This document shows, in pieces, positions 45,878-55,791 of a stretch of 64,000 nt of DNA. Each line of letters opens with the position of its first letter. Position 1 is the stretch's first letter. A model generated the notes under the pieces. That model was not told where the DNA came from. It saw only the letters and a list, made by a program, of their open reading frames with translations, and searched no databases. The translations under genes were made by a program, and so were the position numbers. Source of the stretch: Planctomycetota bacterium (GTDB taxonomy: Bacteria; Planctomycetota; Planctomycetia; Isosphaerales; Isosphaeraceae). The DNA is taken from NCBI GenBank assembly GCA_028291545.1, contig JAQGHR010000040.1:96589-160588 (forward strand), given 5' to 3'.

Positions 45878-46978
45878 ATGCGCTCCTCACGTCGTGCGTT
45901 TACTTTGATTGAGCTACTGGTTGTGATCGCGATCATCGGAGTCCTGGTCGCCCTCTTGTTGCCCGCCGTCCAGGCGGCACGCGAGGCGGCCAGGCGCGCT
46001 CAATGCACCAACAACCAGAAGCAGATCGGGATCGCCCTCCACAATTACCACTCGTCCGTCGGCAGTTTCCCGGTCGGATTCCTCTTCCCGGCGTTCGCCA
46101 GCCCGACCGGTAGCAACGCCCAGGGCATCCCGGACCTTCACTGGCGGTGGTCGGTCCTGGCGCAGTTGTCTCCTTACATGGAGCAGGCGGCCGTCTATAA
46201 CGCGATGAACTTCAACTGGCCGATCGCGCCGGGGGTGGGCTCGACCGGACCGTTCGCCGGCTACCCAGCATTCAAGCCATTCCCCGCGAACTACACCGCG
46301 ATGACCACGAAAGTCGCCAGCTTCTTCTGCCCGAGCGACGGGACCGACACGCACGCAACGCTGATCGACGGCGTCACCGCGTTCGGGGGGACGAATTATC
46401 ATTTCTGTACGGGCGACGGCCAGCCCGGAAGCGGTCACGTCGGGGACGCGGGCGACCCGACCAACGGGGCCCAGACGGCCGATGGCGCCTTCGTGCTCGG
46501 CCCCCCGCAAACCATGGCCACCATCCTGGACGGATCGAGCAGCACGGTCGCGGCCTCGGAGCAACTGATCGGACCGGCGGTCGGGACAGCGACGACATCC
46601 GCGACGGCCCCACCCGATGCACGTCGGGGTGCCGTGTTCGTCAAGGCCTCCGTCCTTCCCGACGACCCCGCGAATGGCTGCAACGCCCAGGTTGCCGGCT
46701 GGCGGTTGGACAAGGGCTACGCCTGGTGGGATGGCGATTATCGCAGCGGCCTCTATAACCACTACTTGACGCCAAACTCCAAGATTTTCGACTGCTGGCT
46801 TTCCAGCCCGCCTCACGACCCGGCGATCAAGGCCGCTCGCAGCAATCACCCGGGCGGCGTGAACGTCCTGTTCTGCGATGGTCACGTCTCCTTCATCAAG
46901 GATGGCATCAGCCCCCGAGCCTGGCGCGCGATCTCCACGCGCATGGGCAACGAGATCGTCTCCGCCAACGAGCTTTGA
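45878..46978 (+). CDS. DUF1559 protein with a prepilin-type N-terminal cleavage/methylation domain (H-X9-DG family).
   Basis: [40 protein letters not shown]-terminal [17 protein letters not shown]. Confidence 0.9.
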   Translation: MRSSRRAFTLIELLVVIAIIGVLVALLLPAVQAAREAARRAQCTNNQKQIGIALHNYHSSVGSFPVGFLFPAFASPTGSNAQGIPDLHWRWSVLAQLSPYMEQAAVYNAMNFNWPIAPGVGSTGPFAGYPAFKPFPANYTAMTTKVASFFCPSDGTDTHATLIDGVTAFGGTNYHFCTGDGQPGSGHVGDAGDPTNGAQTADGAFVLGPPQTMATILDGSSSTVAASEQLIGPAVGTATTSATAPPDARRGAVFVKASVLPDDPANGCNAQVAGWRLDKGYAWWDGDYRSGLYNHYLTPNSKIFDCWLSSPPHDPAIKAARSNHPGGVNVLFCDGHVSFIKDGISPRAWRAISTRMGNEIVSANEL

Positions 46979-47164
46979 GATTCACTCTGGGACCCGTTCG
47001 AGGGCCGCCGCCACGCGCCGGGTGCTCGCAAAATTGTTTCGGTGAGGCATACTTCGCGCCGAAACCGCCTTCTGTATGATAGGGAGCCTTTCCGATGCTC
47101 TCTCGTGAGGCGTTCGGACTATCCTGGTTCTCATTCGATCCTTCTCGACGTGGAGTTTTTTTCG

Positions 47165-47593
47165 ATGACGCGACGACTGTTCGGTGCCGCGACCGCGGCA
47201 TGCGTGAGCCTCGGAGTCCTGGGGCTGGCACTCGCATCGGCCGGGGCCGGCGACGCCGAGACGCCGACGATCAAATCGGTGATGCAGAAACTCAACGGCA
47301 AGGGTGCGAAGGCCGAGAGCGCGAGGCTCCGGACCGCCCTGGCGAAGCCCTCTCCTGACTGGAAGACCGTCCAGACATCGACCAAGGAATTCGCGGCGCT
47401 GTCCGCCTCGCTCGCCAAGAGCGAGCCGCCGCGGGGCGACGCCGAGTCCTGGAAGAAGTTCGCCGAGGCCTATGCCAGCCAGTGCCAGGCCCTGGACGAT
47501 GCGGCCGGGAAGAAGAGCGTGGCCGACACCAAGGCCGCGTTCCAGAAGGTCTCGATGTCCTGCATGGGCTGTCACAAATCCCACAAGAAGTGA
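47165..47593 (+). CDS. Class II (four-helix-bundle, cytochrome c'/c-556-like) c-type cytochrome.
   Basis: Signal peptide. Helical, Ala/Lys-rich body. A single C-terminal CxxCH (CMGCHKSHKK). Confidence 0.65.
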   Translation: MTRRLFGAATAACVSLGVLGLALASAGAGDAETPTIKSVMQKLNGKGAKAESARLRTALAKPSPDWKTVQTSTKEFAALSASLAKSEPPRGDAESWKKFAEAYASQCQALDDAAGKKSVADTKAAFQKVSMSCMGCHKSHKK

Positions 47594-47619
47594 TCGGGCC
47601 AGCCACACTGTCGCCAACC

Positions 47620-47715
47620 GGGAGTGTGTGTTCGGCTGGTGCCGGCCCCGGTCTTCAAAACCGGTGAGGGGTCTGGAAACAGGCTCCTGGTGGGTTCGAT
47701 TCCCATACGCTCCCG
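47620..47715 (+). tRNA. selC: tRNA-Sec (anticodon UCA).
   Basis: 8-bp acceptor GGGAGUGU/ACGCUCCC + discriminator G. D arm UCGGC-UGGU-GCCGG (4-nt loop). Anticodon arm CCGGU-CUUCAAA-ACCGG. 8-bp extra arm GGGGUCUG-GAAA-CAGGCUCC. 5-bp T arm GUGGG-UUCGAUU-CCCAU. This is the bacterial 8/5 architecture. Confidence 0.85.
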
Positions 47716-47918
47716 TCACGCGTGGTTCCAGGAACGAACCGTTGATCATCGCGACCGGACCGATGATCGACCAGGATCGGTACAGGATTCACGTCGCTAC
47801 GAGTCAAGAATATTATGAATTGGGCGATCTCTCAGAAAAATTGAGTTGCACTTGACAATCCGCCTTCGTAGTATGTTCAAAGTTCGGCCTTGACCGGGCA
47901 CCGCACGGATGCGGCAGG

Positions 47919-48320
47919 ATGATTGCTCAACAACATGGAGGTTACCCCGTGGACCGCACCGACGACAGCGAAGGCAATGGACTCTGCATCTCGCGGCGCC
48001 CGCACGAGCGCACTCTTATCATTCATGATAAGACGACATCTTATGAACTCGAAGTATCCTCGATCGAGGGCGATTCGGTTCGCCTGACCCTGCGGACACC
48101 GGATGGGTCCGAGGTCGAGCACTGCCTCACGCCCACCGCCGCCCGGCCGATGACGATTCGGCGTCGCGGGGAAACCCTGGAGATCCGGGTTGGTCGTCCG
48201 CAGCCCAGCCGCGTGAAGCTCTGGTTCAAGGGCCCTCGGAGCTTCGAAGTTGAGCGACCGGATTCGCCAGAGAAGCCTCTGGGCGAACCTTGCCAGTCGC
48301 ACTCGACGCGCATTCAATAA
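47919..48320 (+). CDS. Tandem-duplicated CsrA-like RNA-binding protein (two CsrA modules in one chain).
   Basis: Module 1: LCISRRPHERTLII...SIEGDSVRLTLRTPDGSEVEH. Module 2: MTIRRRGETLEIRVGRPQPSRVKLWFKGPRSFEVERPD. Both align by eye to E. coli CsrA: LILTRRVGETLMIG...[22 protein letters not shown]. Confidence 0.6.
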   Translation: MIAQQHGGYPVDRTDDSEGNGLCISRRPHERTLIIHDKTTSYELEVSSIEGDSVRLTLRTPDGSEVEHCLTPTAARPMTIRRRGETLEIRVGRPQPSRVKLWFKGPRSFEVERPDSPEKPLGEPCQSHSTRIQ

Positions 48321-48325
48321 AAAAA

Positions 48326-48357
48326 GCGGGCCGTGGTGTTGCAACACCACGGCCCGC
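48326..48357. terminator. Bidirectional intrinsic terminator shared by the csrA-like gene (+) and clpC (-).
   Basis: AAAAAAA-GCGGGCCGTGGTGTTG/CAACACCACGGCCCGC-TTTCTT. A perfect 32-nt palindrome flanked by A and T runs. Confidence 0.75.
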
Positions 48358-48379
48358 TTTCTTCGTAGTGCGACCCGGC

Positions 48380-50899
48380 TCAGCTCGCCTTGGTCGAGCT
48401 TTCGCTCGGTCCACCGACCGCGACGGGTTCGTTCTCGGCCTTGGACGACGACTCGAACTTGAGCTTCTTGCCGTCGGGCGATTCGTCGAGCGTGACGGAC
48501 AGGGTGTCCTTGCCCTTGAACGAGCCGCGAAGGATCTCCTCGGAGAGGGGATCTTCGATCATGTTCTCGATCGCGCGACGCAGGGGGCGTGCCCCGTAGT
48601 CGGCGTTGAACCCCTTCTCGATGATGTAGTCCTTCGCCGCCTCGGTCAGGAGCAGCTCCAGGCCACGATCGCGGAGTCGGCTGCGGACCTTGGACAGCTC
48701 GATATCCACGATCTGCTTGAGGTTGTCCTTGTTCAACTGGTGGAACACGATCACGTCGTCGAGCCGGTTGAGGAACTCGGGACGGAAGTAGCGCTCGATG
48801 GAGACCGCGAGCCGTTCCTTCATCTGCTCGTAGCTCGCCGCGTCGTCCTGGCTGCGGCCGAACCCGAAGACGCTGTTCGTCGAGGTCGATTCGGCCCCGG
48901 CGTTGGTCGTCATGATGATGATCGTGTTCTTGAAGTCCACGTTGCGGCCGAAGCTGTCGGTCAGACGGCCTTCCTCCATGATCTGGAGGAGCATGTTATA
49001 GACGTCCGGGTGCGCCTTCTCGATCTCGTCCAGGAGGACGACGGCATACGGACGGCGACGGATCTTCTCCGTGAGCTGGCCGCCCTCTTCGTAGCCGACG
49101 TAGCCCGGAGGGGCGCCGATCAGACGGGAGACGTTGTGCTTCTCCATGTACTCCGACATGTCGATCTGGATCAACGCGTCGGTGTCGCCGAACATGAATT
49201 CGGCCAGCGACTTCGCCAGAAGGGTTTTCCCGACGCCGGTCGGCCCGGCGAAGATGAAGCACCCGATCGGCCGCTTCGGATCCTTGAGCCCGGCCCGCGA
49301 ACGACGGACCGCATGGCTGATCCGCTTGATCGCCTCGGTCTGGGAGATGACCTTTTTCTGGATCTCCGATTCCATGTTGAGCAGGCGGGCCGTCTCCTCG
49401 GCCTCCAGACGGGTGAGCGGGATACCGGTCATCTTGGAGACGACCTCGGCGACGACCTCCTCGTCCACCGTCCCGTCCACTTCCTTCGAGCGCTCGCGCC
49501 ACTCGCGGTTGATCTGTTCCTTCTTCTTCTTGAGCCGGTCGGCCTGATCACGCAGGGCGGCCGCGCGCTCGAAATCCTGATTGGCGACCGACTCTTCCTT
49601 GTCCTGATTGAGCCGTTCGATCTGCTCATCCAGCTCTTTCAGGTCGGGCGGTCGCGTCATGGCCTTCAGCCGGACGCGTGCGCCGGCCTCGTCGACGACG
49701 TCGATGGCCTTATCCGGCAGGCATCGGCCCGTAATATAGCGGTCCGACAGCTCGACGGCGGCTTCGAGGGCCTCGTCGGTGATCTGCACGCGGTGATGCG
49801 CCTCGTAGCGGTCGCGAAGGCCGCGAAGGATCTCCAGCGCCTCCGATTTCGAGGGCGGGCTCACGTCCACGCGCTGGAACCGGCGTTCCAGGGCGCCTTC
49901 CTTCTCGATGTACGTGCGGTACTCGTCAAGAGTGGGGGCGCCGATGCACTGGACCTCGCCCCGTGCCAGCGCGGGCTTGAGCACGTTCGAGGCGTCGATC
50001 GCGCCTTCGGCACCACCGGCACCCACGAGCGTATGAAGCTCGTCGATGAACAGGATGGTGTTCTTGGCGCGCCGGACCTCGTTCATGACGGCCTTGATGC
50101 GCTCCTCGAACTGGCCGCGATACTTCGTGCCGGCGACCATCATGGCGAGGTCGAGCACGACGATACGACGATCCCGGAGCAATTCCGGGACGTTGCCGTC
50201 CACAATCATCTGGGCCAGGCCCTCGACGATCGCCGTCTTGCCGACGCCGGCCTCACCAAGGAGGACCGGGTTGTTCTTCGTCCGGCGTGAGAGGACCTGA
50301 ATCACGCGCTCGATTTCATTTGCGCGGCCGATGACCGGGTCCAGCTTGCTTTGACGAGCCAGATCGGTAAGGTCGCGACCGAACGAATCCAAGGCGGGCG
50401 TCTTGGACTTTCCGCCTTTGGCGGCGGCGCGTTCTCCGCCCTCGCCACCACCCGCTTCCATCCCGTGACCGAGCAAGTTCAGGACCTCCTCGCGAACCTC
50501 TTCGAGCTTCAGGTTCAAGTTCATCAGGACCTGGGCTGCCACGCCCTCTTGCTCGCGCAAGAGGCCGAGTAGCAGGTGTTCGGTCCCAACATAGTTGTGG
50601 TTCAGGTTCCGTGCTTCCTCGATCGCATATTCGATGACTTTCTTGGCCCGAGGCGTCTGGGGCAGTTTCCCCATCGTGACCATGTCGGGGCCGGATTGGA
50701 CGATTTTCTCGACCTCGACCCGGATCTTCCTGAGGTCGACGTCCAGATTCTTCAAGACGTTGGCCGCGACGCCGCTGCCTTCCTTGACAAGGCCAAGCAG
50801 GACGTGTTCGGTGCCGACGTACTCGTGGTTGAAGCGCTGGGCCTCCTGGTTGGCCAGCTGCATCACCTTGCGGGCACGATCGGTGAAGCGCTCATACAT
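48380..50899 (-). CDS. clpC: ATP-dependent Clp protease ATP-binding subunit ClpC.
   Basis: Clp_N repeats ([20 protein letters not shown]...), two Walker A motifs ([16 protein letters not shown]), UVR-like motif ([12 protein letters not shown]). Start at internal ATG 50899. Confidence 0.9.
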   Translation of the reverse strand: MYERFTDRARKVMQLANQEAQRFNHEYVGTEHVLLGLVKEGSGVAANVLKNLDVDLRKIRVEVEKIVQSGPDMVTMGKLPQTPRAKKVIEYAIEEARNLNHNYVGTEHLLLGLLREQEGVAAQVLMNLNLKLEEVREEVLNLLGHGMEAGGGEGGERAAAKGGKSKTPALDSFGRDLTDLARQSKLDPVIGRANEIERVIQVLSRRTKNNPVLLGEAGVGKTAIVEGLAQMIVDGNVPELLRDRRIVVLDLAMMVAGTKYRGQFEERIKAVMNEVRRAKNTILFIDELHTLVGAGGAEGAIDASNVLKPALARGEVQCIGAPTLDEYRTYIEKEGALERRFQRVDVSPPSKSEALEILRGLRDRYEAHHRVQITDEALEAAVELSDRYITGRCLPDKAIDVVDEAGARVRLKAMTRPPDLKELDEQIERLNQDKEESVANQDFERAAALRDQADRLKKKKEQINREWRERSKEVDGTVDEEVVAEVVSKMTGIPLTRLEAEETARLLNMESEIQKKVISQTEAIKRISHAVRRSRAGLKDPKRPIGCFIFAGPTGVGKTLLAKSLAEFMFGDTDALIQIDMSEYMEKHNVSRLIGAPPGYVGYEEGGQLTEKIRRRPYAVVLLDEIEKAHPDVYNMLLQIMEEGRLTDSFGRNVDFKNTIIIMTTNAGAESTSTNSVFGFGRSQDDAASYEQMKERLAVSIERYFRPEFLNRLDDVIVFHQLNKDNLKQIVDIELSKVRSRLRDRGLELLLTEAAKDYIIEKGFNADYGARPLRRAIENMIEDPLSEEILRGSFKGKDTLSVTLDESPDGKKLKFESSSKAENEPVAVGGPSESSTKAS

Positions 50900-51218
50900 G
50901 CCGACGACTCCGACGATTTCACCGGACCAAGCCCGATCCTTCTGCCCAACGCCCCTCATTATAGACGCTCGGGCGAGCCGTCGTCCGCTAATCGGGGCCG
51001 GGGCGGGACGGATCATCCCTACCCAGGACCGATAGGAATGGTACACGGCCGGATCTCAATTGGCAAACCCTGCCATGGCGGGGGGTTCCGATCGTCTCCC
51101 CCGCAAGCCACGACTTCAGGCCTGCGGACCGAGTCCGGAGTTCTAGGACGTCCTGGGTGACCTGCAAGGGATGAGAGCCTGAATCGAGACGATCCCTGGC
51201 GGGCAATCGGCCGATCGG

Positions 51219-51767
51219 TCACGCAGCTACACGGGGCTCGGCAGCCGGCGCGTCCAGGCTTGCCATGGCCCGACCGATCTCCCATTTCCACTTTACGCCG
51301 CCTTCGAGATCCTGGCACTGGCGGAACGTGGATCTCGCCAGCTCGGACTGGCCGGTCCGCATGTATAGCGTCGCGAGTTGTATCAAGGCATCCGCGTCGG
51401 TCTCGTCAAGAGCGAGCAATCGCTCCAATGTACGTCGCGATTCGTCCCATCGACCCTGGAGATACGACTCCGTCGCCTGACGGAACAACCCGTCGATGGC
51501 GTCGCGGTGACGTGCGGGATGGCATCGCCATAGCCACCACAGCGTATAGCCCAGGCCCGCCAGCCACGTCAGGGCCGCCAGGGTGGCGAAGAACAGCGGC
51601 AGGCCGTTCGCGAACGCCTCGGTCCAGAGAAACCGCGAGAGGATCGCAAGGTTCAACGTCGCCGCGAAGAGCGTCGCCAGGATCAGGCCGAGGACCTCCT
51701 GCCCGGTCCAGATCTGCGCGAGCCCAGGCCAGAAGCTTAGTAACACGATCGGCAAGCGGCGCGGCAT
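51219..51767 (-). CDS. Membrane protein with three or four TM helices and a C-terminal TPR-like domain.
   Basis: Hydrophobic N-terminal half. YLQGRWDESRRTLERLLALDETDADALIQLATLYMRTGQSELA. Confidence 0.65.
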   Translation of the reverse strand: MPRRLPIVLLSFWPGLAQIWTGQEVLGLILATLFAATLNLAILSRFLWTEAFANGLPLFFATLAALTWLAGLGYTLWWLWRCHPARHRDAIDGLFRQATESYLQGRWDESRRTLERLLALDETDADALIQLATLYMRTGQSELARSTFRQCQDLEGGVKWKWEIGRAMASLDAPAAEPRVAA

Positions 51768-51849
51768 GGTATGTCTCCGGCAATCGAGCGCGGCCCCAGC
51801 TTCAATTCGGATCTGCGCGAATCGCGAGGTTTCCGTACCGTGAGGCCGA

Positions 51850-53172
51850 TCAGCGTAACACTTTGTCCAGGAACTTCTTACCCGCAGCCTTCAGTTTCGC
51901 TCGATCCTCGGCGCGTCGGGACGGGTCCTTCGATCCGTTCTTGCTTGCCAGGACGCCTCCATCCACGGGTCGGACGGTCAAACGGTTGATCGATCCCGAC
52001 ACGCGCACGCCCGCCAGTCCGCCGAGGTCATCCACGGGCAGATCCGCCAGAAGCTCGCGGGCTTCGGGCGGTAGCTTGCGAGCCAGGCCCGACACGGTTT
52101 TCCCTAGCTTCTCGCACTTCACCAGATAATCCAGATGACCATCCAGGTCGGACCAGCCGACGAGGCTGACGGGAACGCCCCCGATTCGGAGGACCGTATT
52201 GGACGTCGTCACGCGCCGGCTCGCGAGTTGAAAGTCGCCCCGGATCGAGCCGAGCTTCCCTCTGGCGGGAACGGGAAGGACTTTCGTCATCTCGGCCATG
52301 ACCCGCGAATCGTCGAGCGTCAGGTCGTCGAGCGCCATGGAACCCCGTCCCGTCAGGGCCTCGGCCAGCGAGTTAGCCGTCTTTCCCTGGGCCCGCAGAT
52401 CGAGTTCGAAGCTCAGCGTGCCCCTGGCATGCGGACCGCTCGGCGGATTTGCGACGAACGGGATGAAGTACGCGAGCGCCTTCATGCCCGCGTCGAGGGC
52501 CACGTCCCGGGATCGGATCTGGCCATCGATCATCAGGCCGTCCGACCGATCCGCCCGGGCGGTGAGCGTGAACGTGCCGCCGTTGACGAGACCGGTCAGA
52601 TGGGCCACGTTGGCGACCGTGCCATCGTCGCTGCCGAGGCCGAGGACGTCCGTGAATTCCAGGCGCGAGTCGGTCGCCTGATCGTCCACAAGGATTGTCG
52701 CGTCCTCGATGTGAAACGTGACCTCGGGCGCGGTATGGGCGCCCGCCGCGCCGGGGGACTCGGGGGCGGCCTTCTTCTCGGGGTTCAGAAGATCCTCGAA
52801 TTCCAGACGGCCGGCGCGGTCCCGACGAATGCGAAGACTCATCCCCGAAAGGTGGCAATCGGTCGAGGTAAACGTGCCCCGAAGCAGGTCGAACAGGCTC
52901 GCATCAACGGCCACCGATGCGATCTTGAGCCAGGGATCGTCACTGGACTGGCGGGCGGCAATTTCGAGCCCATTCAGACGAATCCCTCCGAACGGCCCGA
53001 GCCGAACGCTCGCGAGACGAATGTCCTGACGGGTGGCGTCCTTGAGCGAAACCACGAGTCTGGCACGCGCCCATTCCATGGGCAGGAACAGCACGACGAG
53101 GACCCAGAGTATCGGCGGGGCGATCACCGCCGCGGCCAGCACCCGGTATGCCCTCTTCCCCGGTCGCTTCAT
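51850..53172 (-). CDS. AsmA-family-like membrane-anchored protein.
   Basis: GGAGG RBS upstream of ATG 53172. N-terminal anchor VLAAAVIAPPILWVLVVLFL. IRLASVRLGPFGGIRLNGLEI-type repeats. Confidence 0.55.
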   Translation of the reverse strand: MKRPGKRAYRVLAAAVIAPPILWVLVVLFLPMEWARARLVVSLKDATRQDIRLASVRLGPFGGIRLNGLEIAARQSSDDPWLKIASVAVDASLFDLLRGTFTSTDCHLSGMSLRIRRDRAGRLEFEDLLNPEKKAAPESPGAAGAHTAPEVTFHIEDATILVDDQATDSRLEFTDVLGLGSDDGTVANVAHLTGLVNGGTFTLTARADRSDGLMIDGQIRSRDVALDAGMKALAYFIPFVANPPSGPHARGTLSFELDLRAQGKTANSLAEALTGRGSMALDDLTLDDSRVMAEMTKVLPVPARGKLGSIRGDFQLASRRVTTSNTVLRIGGVPVSLVGWSDLDGHLDYLVKCEKLGKTVSGLARKLPPEARELLADLPVDDLGGLAGVRVSGSINRLTVRPVDGGVLASKNGSKDPSRRAEDRAKLKAAGKKFLDKVLR

Positions 53173-53390
53173 GGGGAAGCCTCCGTTCCCTCTATTGATC
53201 GCGCCAATTCGGCCCGGCCAAGGCACCCAACCGGAGCCAGACCGCATCTTCTTGAAGCGCGATGCGCGGGGACGATAGCGGATCGAGCCGATCCCGGCAA
53301 GGCGACTCGCTCGCGAACCGCTTGCCTGGGACGCCGGGGCCGATTAGCCTCGGACATGGACCGTACGCCATTCTGCCGAGGACCCCAGCC

Positions 53391-55661
53391 ATGCGCCTCC
53401 GCCTCGCATTCGTCGCGCTCGTCGCCATCGCGGCCCCGTCGTCATCGAGGGCGGATGACCTCCCGTTCGTGGACAGCGTCGATGCTCAACCCCTCCTCGC
53501 CCAGGCCCGTCGCATTGCCGAGACGCTCGAGATGCTCGGACAGCCCCTGAGCGAAAAAGATAAATCTCGCCTCCTGACGGCGAACGAAAACCCGAAGGAC
53601 GCGATCAAGATCGTCCAGCAGGTCCTCGATCCGCTCTGCCTCGCGGGCGTGAACATCAATCCCGAGAGCCGCGTCAAGGCCACGCCCGGACCGGCCTCGC
53701 CGACGCTGGTGCAACAGGGCTGGCGCGTCTTCCTCGTCAAGGTCCACAACGAGGCGGGCGTCACGGCTCTGCTCCGCGCGGAGAGCCCGAATTCCGCCCC
53801 GGTCTACAAGACGTCCACCAACGTGGCCGAGCCCAGGAAGACCATCACGGCGGCCATGCTCCCGGACCGCTGGATGGAGCTACGCATGTATAACGATCGA
53901 CCCCTGAACCGGACGCTCTCGGGTCTGAGCCTGGAATACCGCGTCATGCAGCTCTACAGCCGGGAGGTCGGCAAACGCGAAGCCAAGCTGACGTTCGACG
54001 TGGGCCAGGGCACCCAAGACCTCGGATTTCGCGCCGATCTGGACGTCCTGTTCACCTCCCAGCCCAGTGTGAAGGTGACCCTGGACATCCTCGACGTCGA
54101 CGGCTCCCCCACGACCGCCTCCCTGCTGATCCGCGACTCCGCCCGCCGGGTGTATCCCGCGCAGAGCAAGCGGCTCGCGCCCGACTTTTACTTCCACCCG
54201 CAGATCTACCGCCATCACGGTGAGAACGTCGTGCTGCCTGCCGGGACCTACGACGTCGAGGTGACGCGCGGTCCCGAATACGTGGTCGAGCGTCGCAAGA
54301 TGACCGTCCCCGACGCCAGGGAGCATCGCGAGTCGTTCCGCCTGAAGCGCTGGACGGATCTTGCGAAAATGGGCTGGTTCTCCGGCGATCACCACGTCCA
54401 CGCCGCCGGTTGCGGCCATTACGAGAGCCCGACCGAAGGTGTGACGCCCGACGACATGATGCGCCATATCCTGGGCGAAGACCTCGACGTGGGCTGCGTC
54501 CTCTCCTGGGGACCGTGCTGGTACGCCCAGAAGGCGTATTTCGACGGGAAGCTGCATCCTCTCTCTACGCCCAAACACCTGATGCGCTACGACGTGGAAG
54601 TCTCGGGTTTTCCCTCCTCGCACGCGGGGCACCTCTGCCTGATCCGCCTCAAGGAGGACGATTATCCGAATACCACGCGGATCGAGGAGTGGCCGAGCTG
54701 GGACCTCCCCGTCCTGAAATGGGGCAAATCCCAGGGCGGCGTGGTCGGGTTCTCCCATTCGGGCTGGGGGCTGATGACGAAGGACCAGAGCGTCCCGACC
54801 CTGGAAATCCCGCCGTTCGACGGCATCGGGGCCAACGAGTACATCGTGGACGTGGTCCACGACGCCGTGGATTTCATCTCCACCGTGGACACGCCCGCGC
54901 CCTCGGAACTCTCGATCTGGTATCACACGCTCAACTGCGGTTTCCGCTGCCGGATCAGCGGCGAGACCGACTTCCCCTGCATCTACGGCGAGCGCGTCGG
55001 CCTCGGTCGCTCCTACGTCCGCCTGGAAGACGGCAAGCTCGATTTCGACCGCTGGGCCGACGGCGTCAAGCAAGGCCGCTCGTACGTGTCCGACGGCAAG
55101 AGCCACCTCGTCGACTTCCGCGTCGAGAACGTCCGCGTGGGCGAGGGCGGGAGCGAGCTGAAGCTGGACAAGCCCGGCACGGTCAAGATCGTCGCCAATG
55201 TCGCGGCCATGATGGCCCCGGAGGCGACGAGCGACGGCAAGGCCATCAAGGCCAGGCCCCTCTACGAAAAGCCCTACTGGGACATCGAGCGTGCCCGGAT
55301 CGGCAACACCCGCAAGGTGCCCGTGGAACTGGTCGTGAATGGCAAGTCCGTGGCCCGCCGGGAGATCGACGGCGATGGCCAGTTCCGGGAGCTGGAGTTC
55401 TCGCTGCCGATCGAGCGATCGAGTTGGGTCGCCCTGCGGATCTTCCCCTCGTCCCACACCAACCCGATCTTCGTGACGGTCGCCGGCAAGCCGATTCGAG
55501 CCTCGAAACAATCGGCCGACTGGTGCATCAAGAGCGTGGACCAGTGCTGGTCCAAGAAATCGCCCTTGACCCGACCCGCCGAACGGGAGGAAGCCAAAAA
55601 GGCGTACGACACCGCGCGCCAGGCCTACAAGAACATCCTCGACGAGAGTGAGGTCGATTGA
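53391..55661 (+). CDS. Secreted metallohydrolase-like protein (PHP / CehA-McbA-type HxH motif) with an N-terminal beta-rich region.
   Basis: Signal peptide MRLRLAFVALVAIAAPSSSRA. WFSGDHHVHAAGCGHY. Confidence 0.55.
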   Translation: MRLRLAFVALVAIAAPSSSRADDLPFVDSVDAQPLLAQARRIAETLEMLGQPLSEKDKSRLLTANENPKDAIKIVQQVLDPLCLAGVNINPESRVKATPGPASPTLVQQGWRVFLVKVHNEAGVTALLRAESPNSAPVYKTSTNVAEPRKTITAAMLPDRWMELRMYNDRPLNRTLSGLSLEYRVMQLYSREVGKREAKLTFDVGQGTQDLGFRADLDVLFTSQPSVKVTLDILDVDGSPTTASLLIRDSARRVYPAQSKRLAPDFYFHPQIYRHHGENVVLPAGTYDVEVTRGPEYVVERRKMTVPDAREHRESFRLKRWTDLAKMGWFSGDHHVHAAGCGHYESPTEGVTPDDMMRHILGEDLDVGCVLSWGPCWYAQKAYFDGKLHPLSTPKHLMRYDVEVSGFPSSHAGHLCLIRLKEDDYPNTTRIEEWPSWDLPVLKWGKSQGGVVGFSHSGWGLMTKDQSVPTLEIPPFDGIGANEYIVDVVHDAVDFISTVDTPAPSELSIWYHTLNCGFRCRISGETDFPCIYGERVGLGRSYVRLEDGKLDFDRWADGVKQGRSYVSDGKSHLVDFRVENVRVGEGGSELKLDKPGTVKIVANVAAMMAPEATSDGKAIKARPLYEKPYWDIERARIGNTRKVPVELVVNGKSVARREIDGDGQFRELEFSLPIERSSWVALRIFPSSHTNPIFVTVAGKPIRASKQSADWCIKSVDQCWSKKSPLTRPAEREEAKKAYDTARQAYKNILDESEVD

Positions 55662-55680
55662 CCCTGGGGACGCCGACACG

Positions 55681-55708
55681 ACGGTCCGCGACGAGGCGGA
55701 CCGTTTTC
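55681..55708 (+). terminator. Rho-independent terminator candidate.
   Basis: ACGGTCCGC (55681-55689) / GCGGACCGT (55696-55704), followed by TTTTCGC. Confidence 0.6.
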
Positions 55709-55791
55709 GCTATTGCGCGAACTCTCGACGGGCTCCGCGTGTCCGTTCTCCACCCCTGAACCCTTGAAACGAACAACGCGGGTGCGGATTC

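Noticed and set aside
47850-47880. Sigma70-like promoter (TTGACA ... TATGTT/TAGTAT) upstream of the csrA-like gene.
   Set aside because: The spacer between the -35 and either -10 candidate is only 11-14 nt, outside the usual 16-18 nt, so it is not reported as a feature.
48290-50290. 666-aa ORF on the plus strand.
   Set aside because: It is antisense to clpC. It has no motifs and a repetitive Leu/Asp/Val/Arg composition mirroring the clpC codons.
53880-55679. 599-aa ORF on the minus strand.
   Set aside because: It is antisense to the signal-peptide-bearing metallohydrolase-like gene. This is a shadow ORF.
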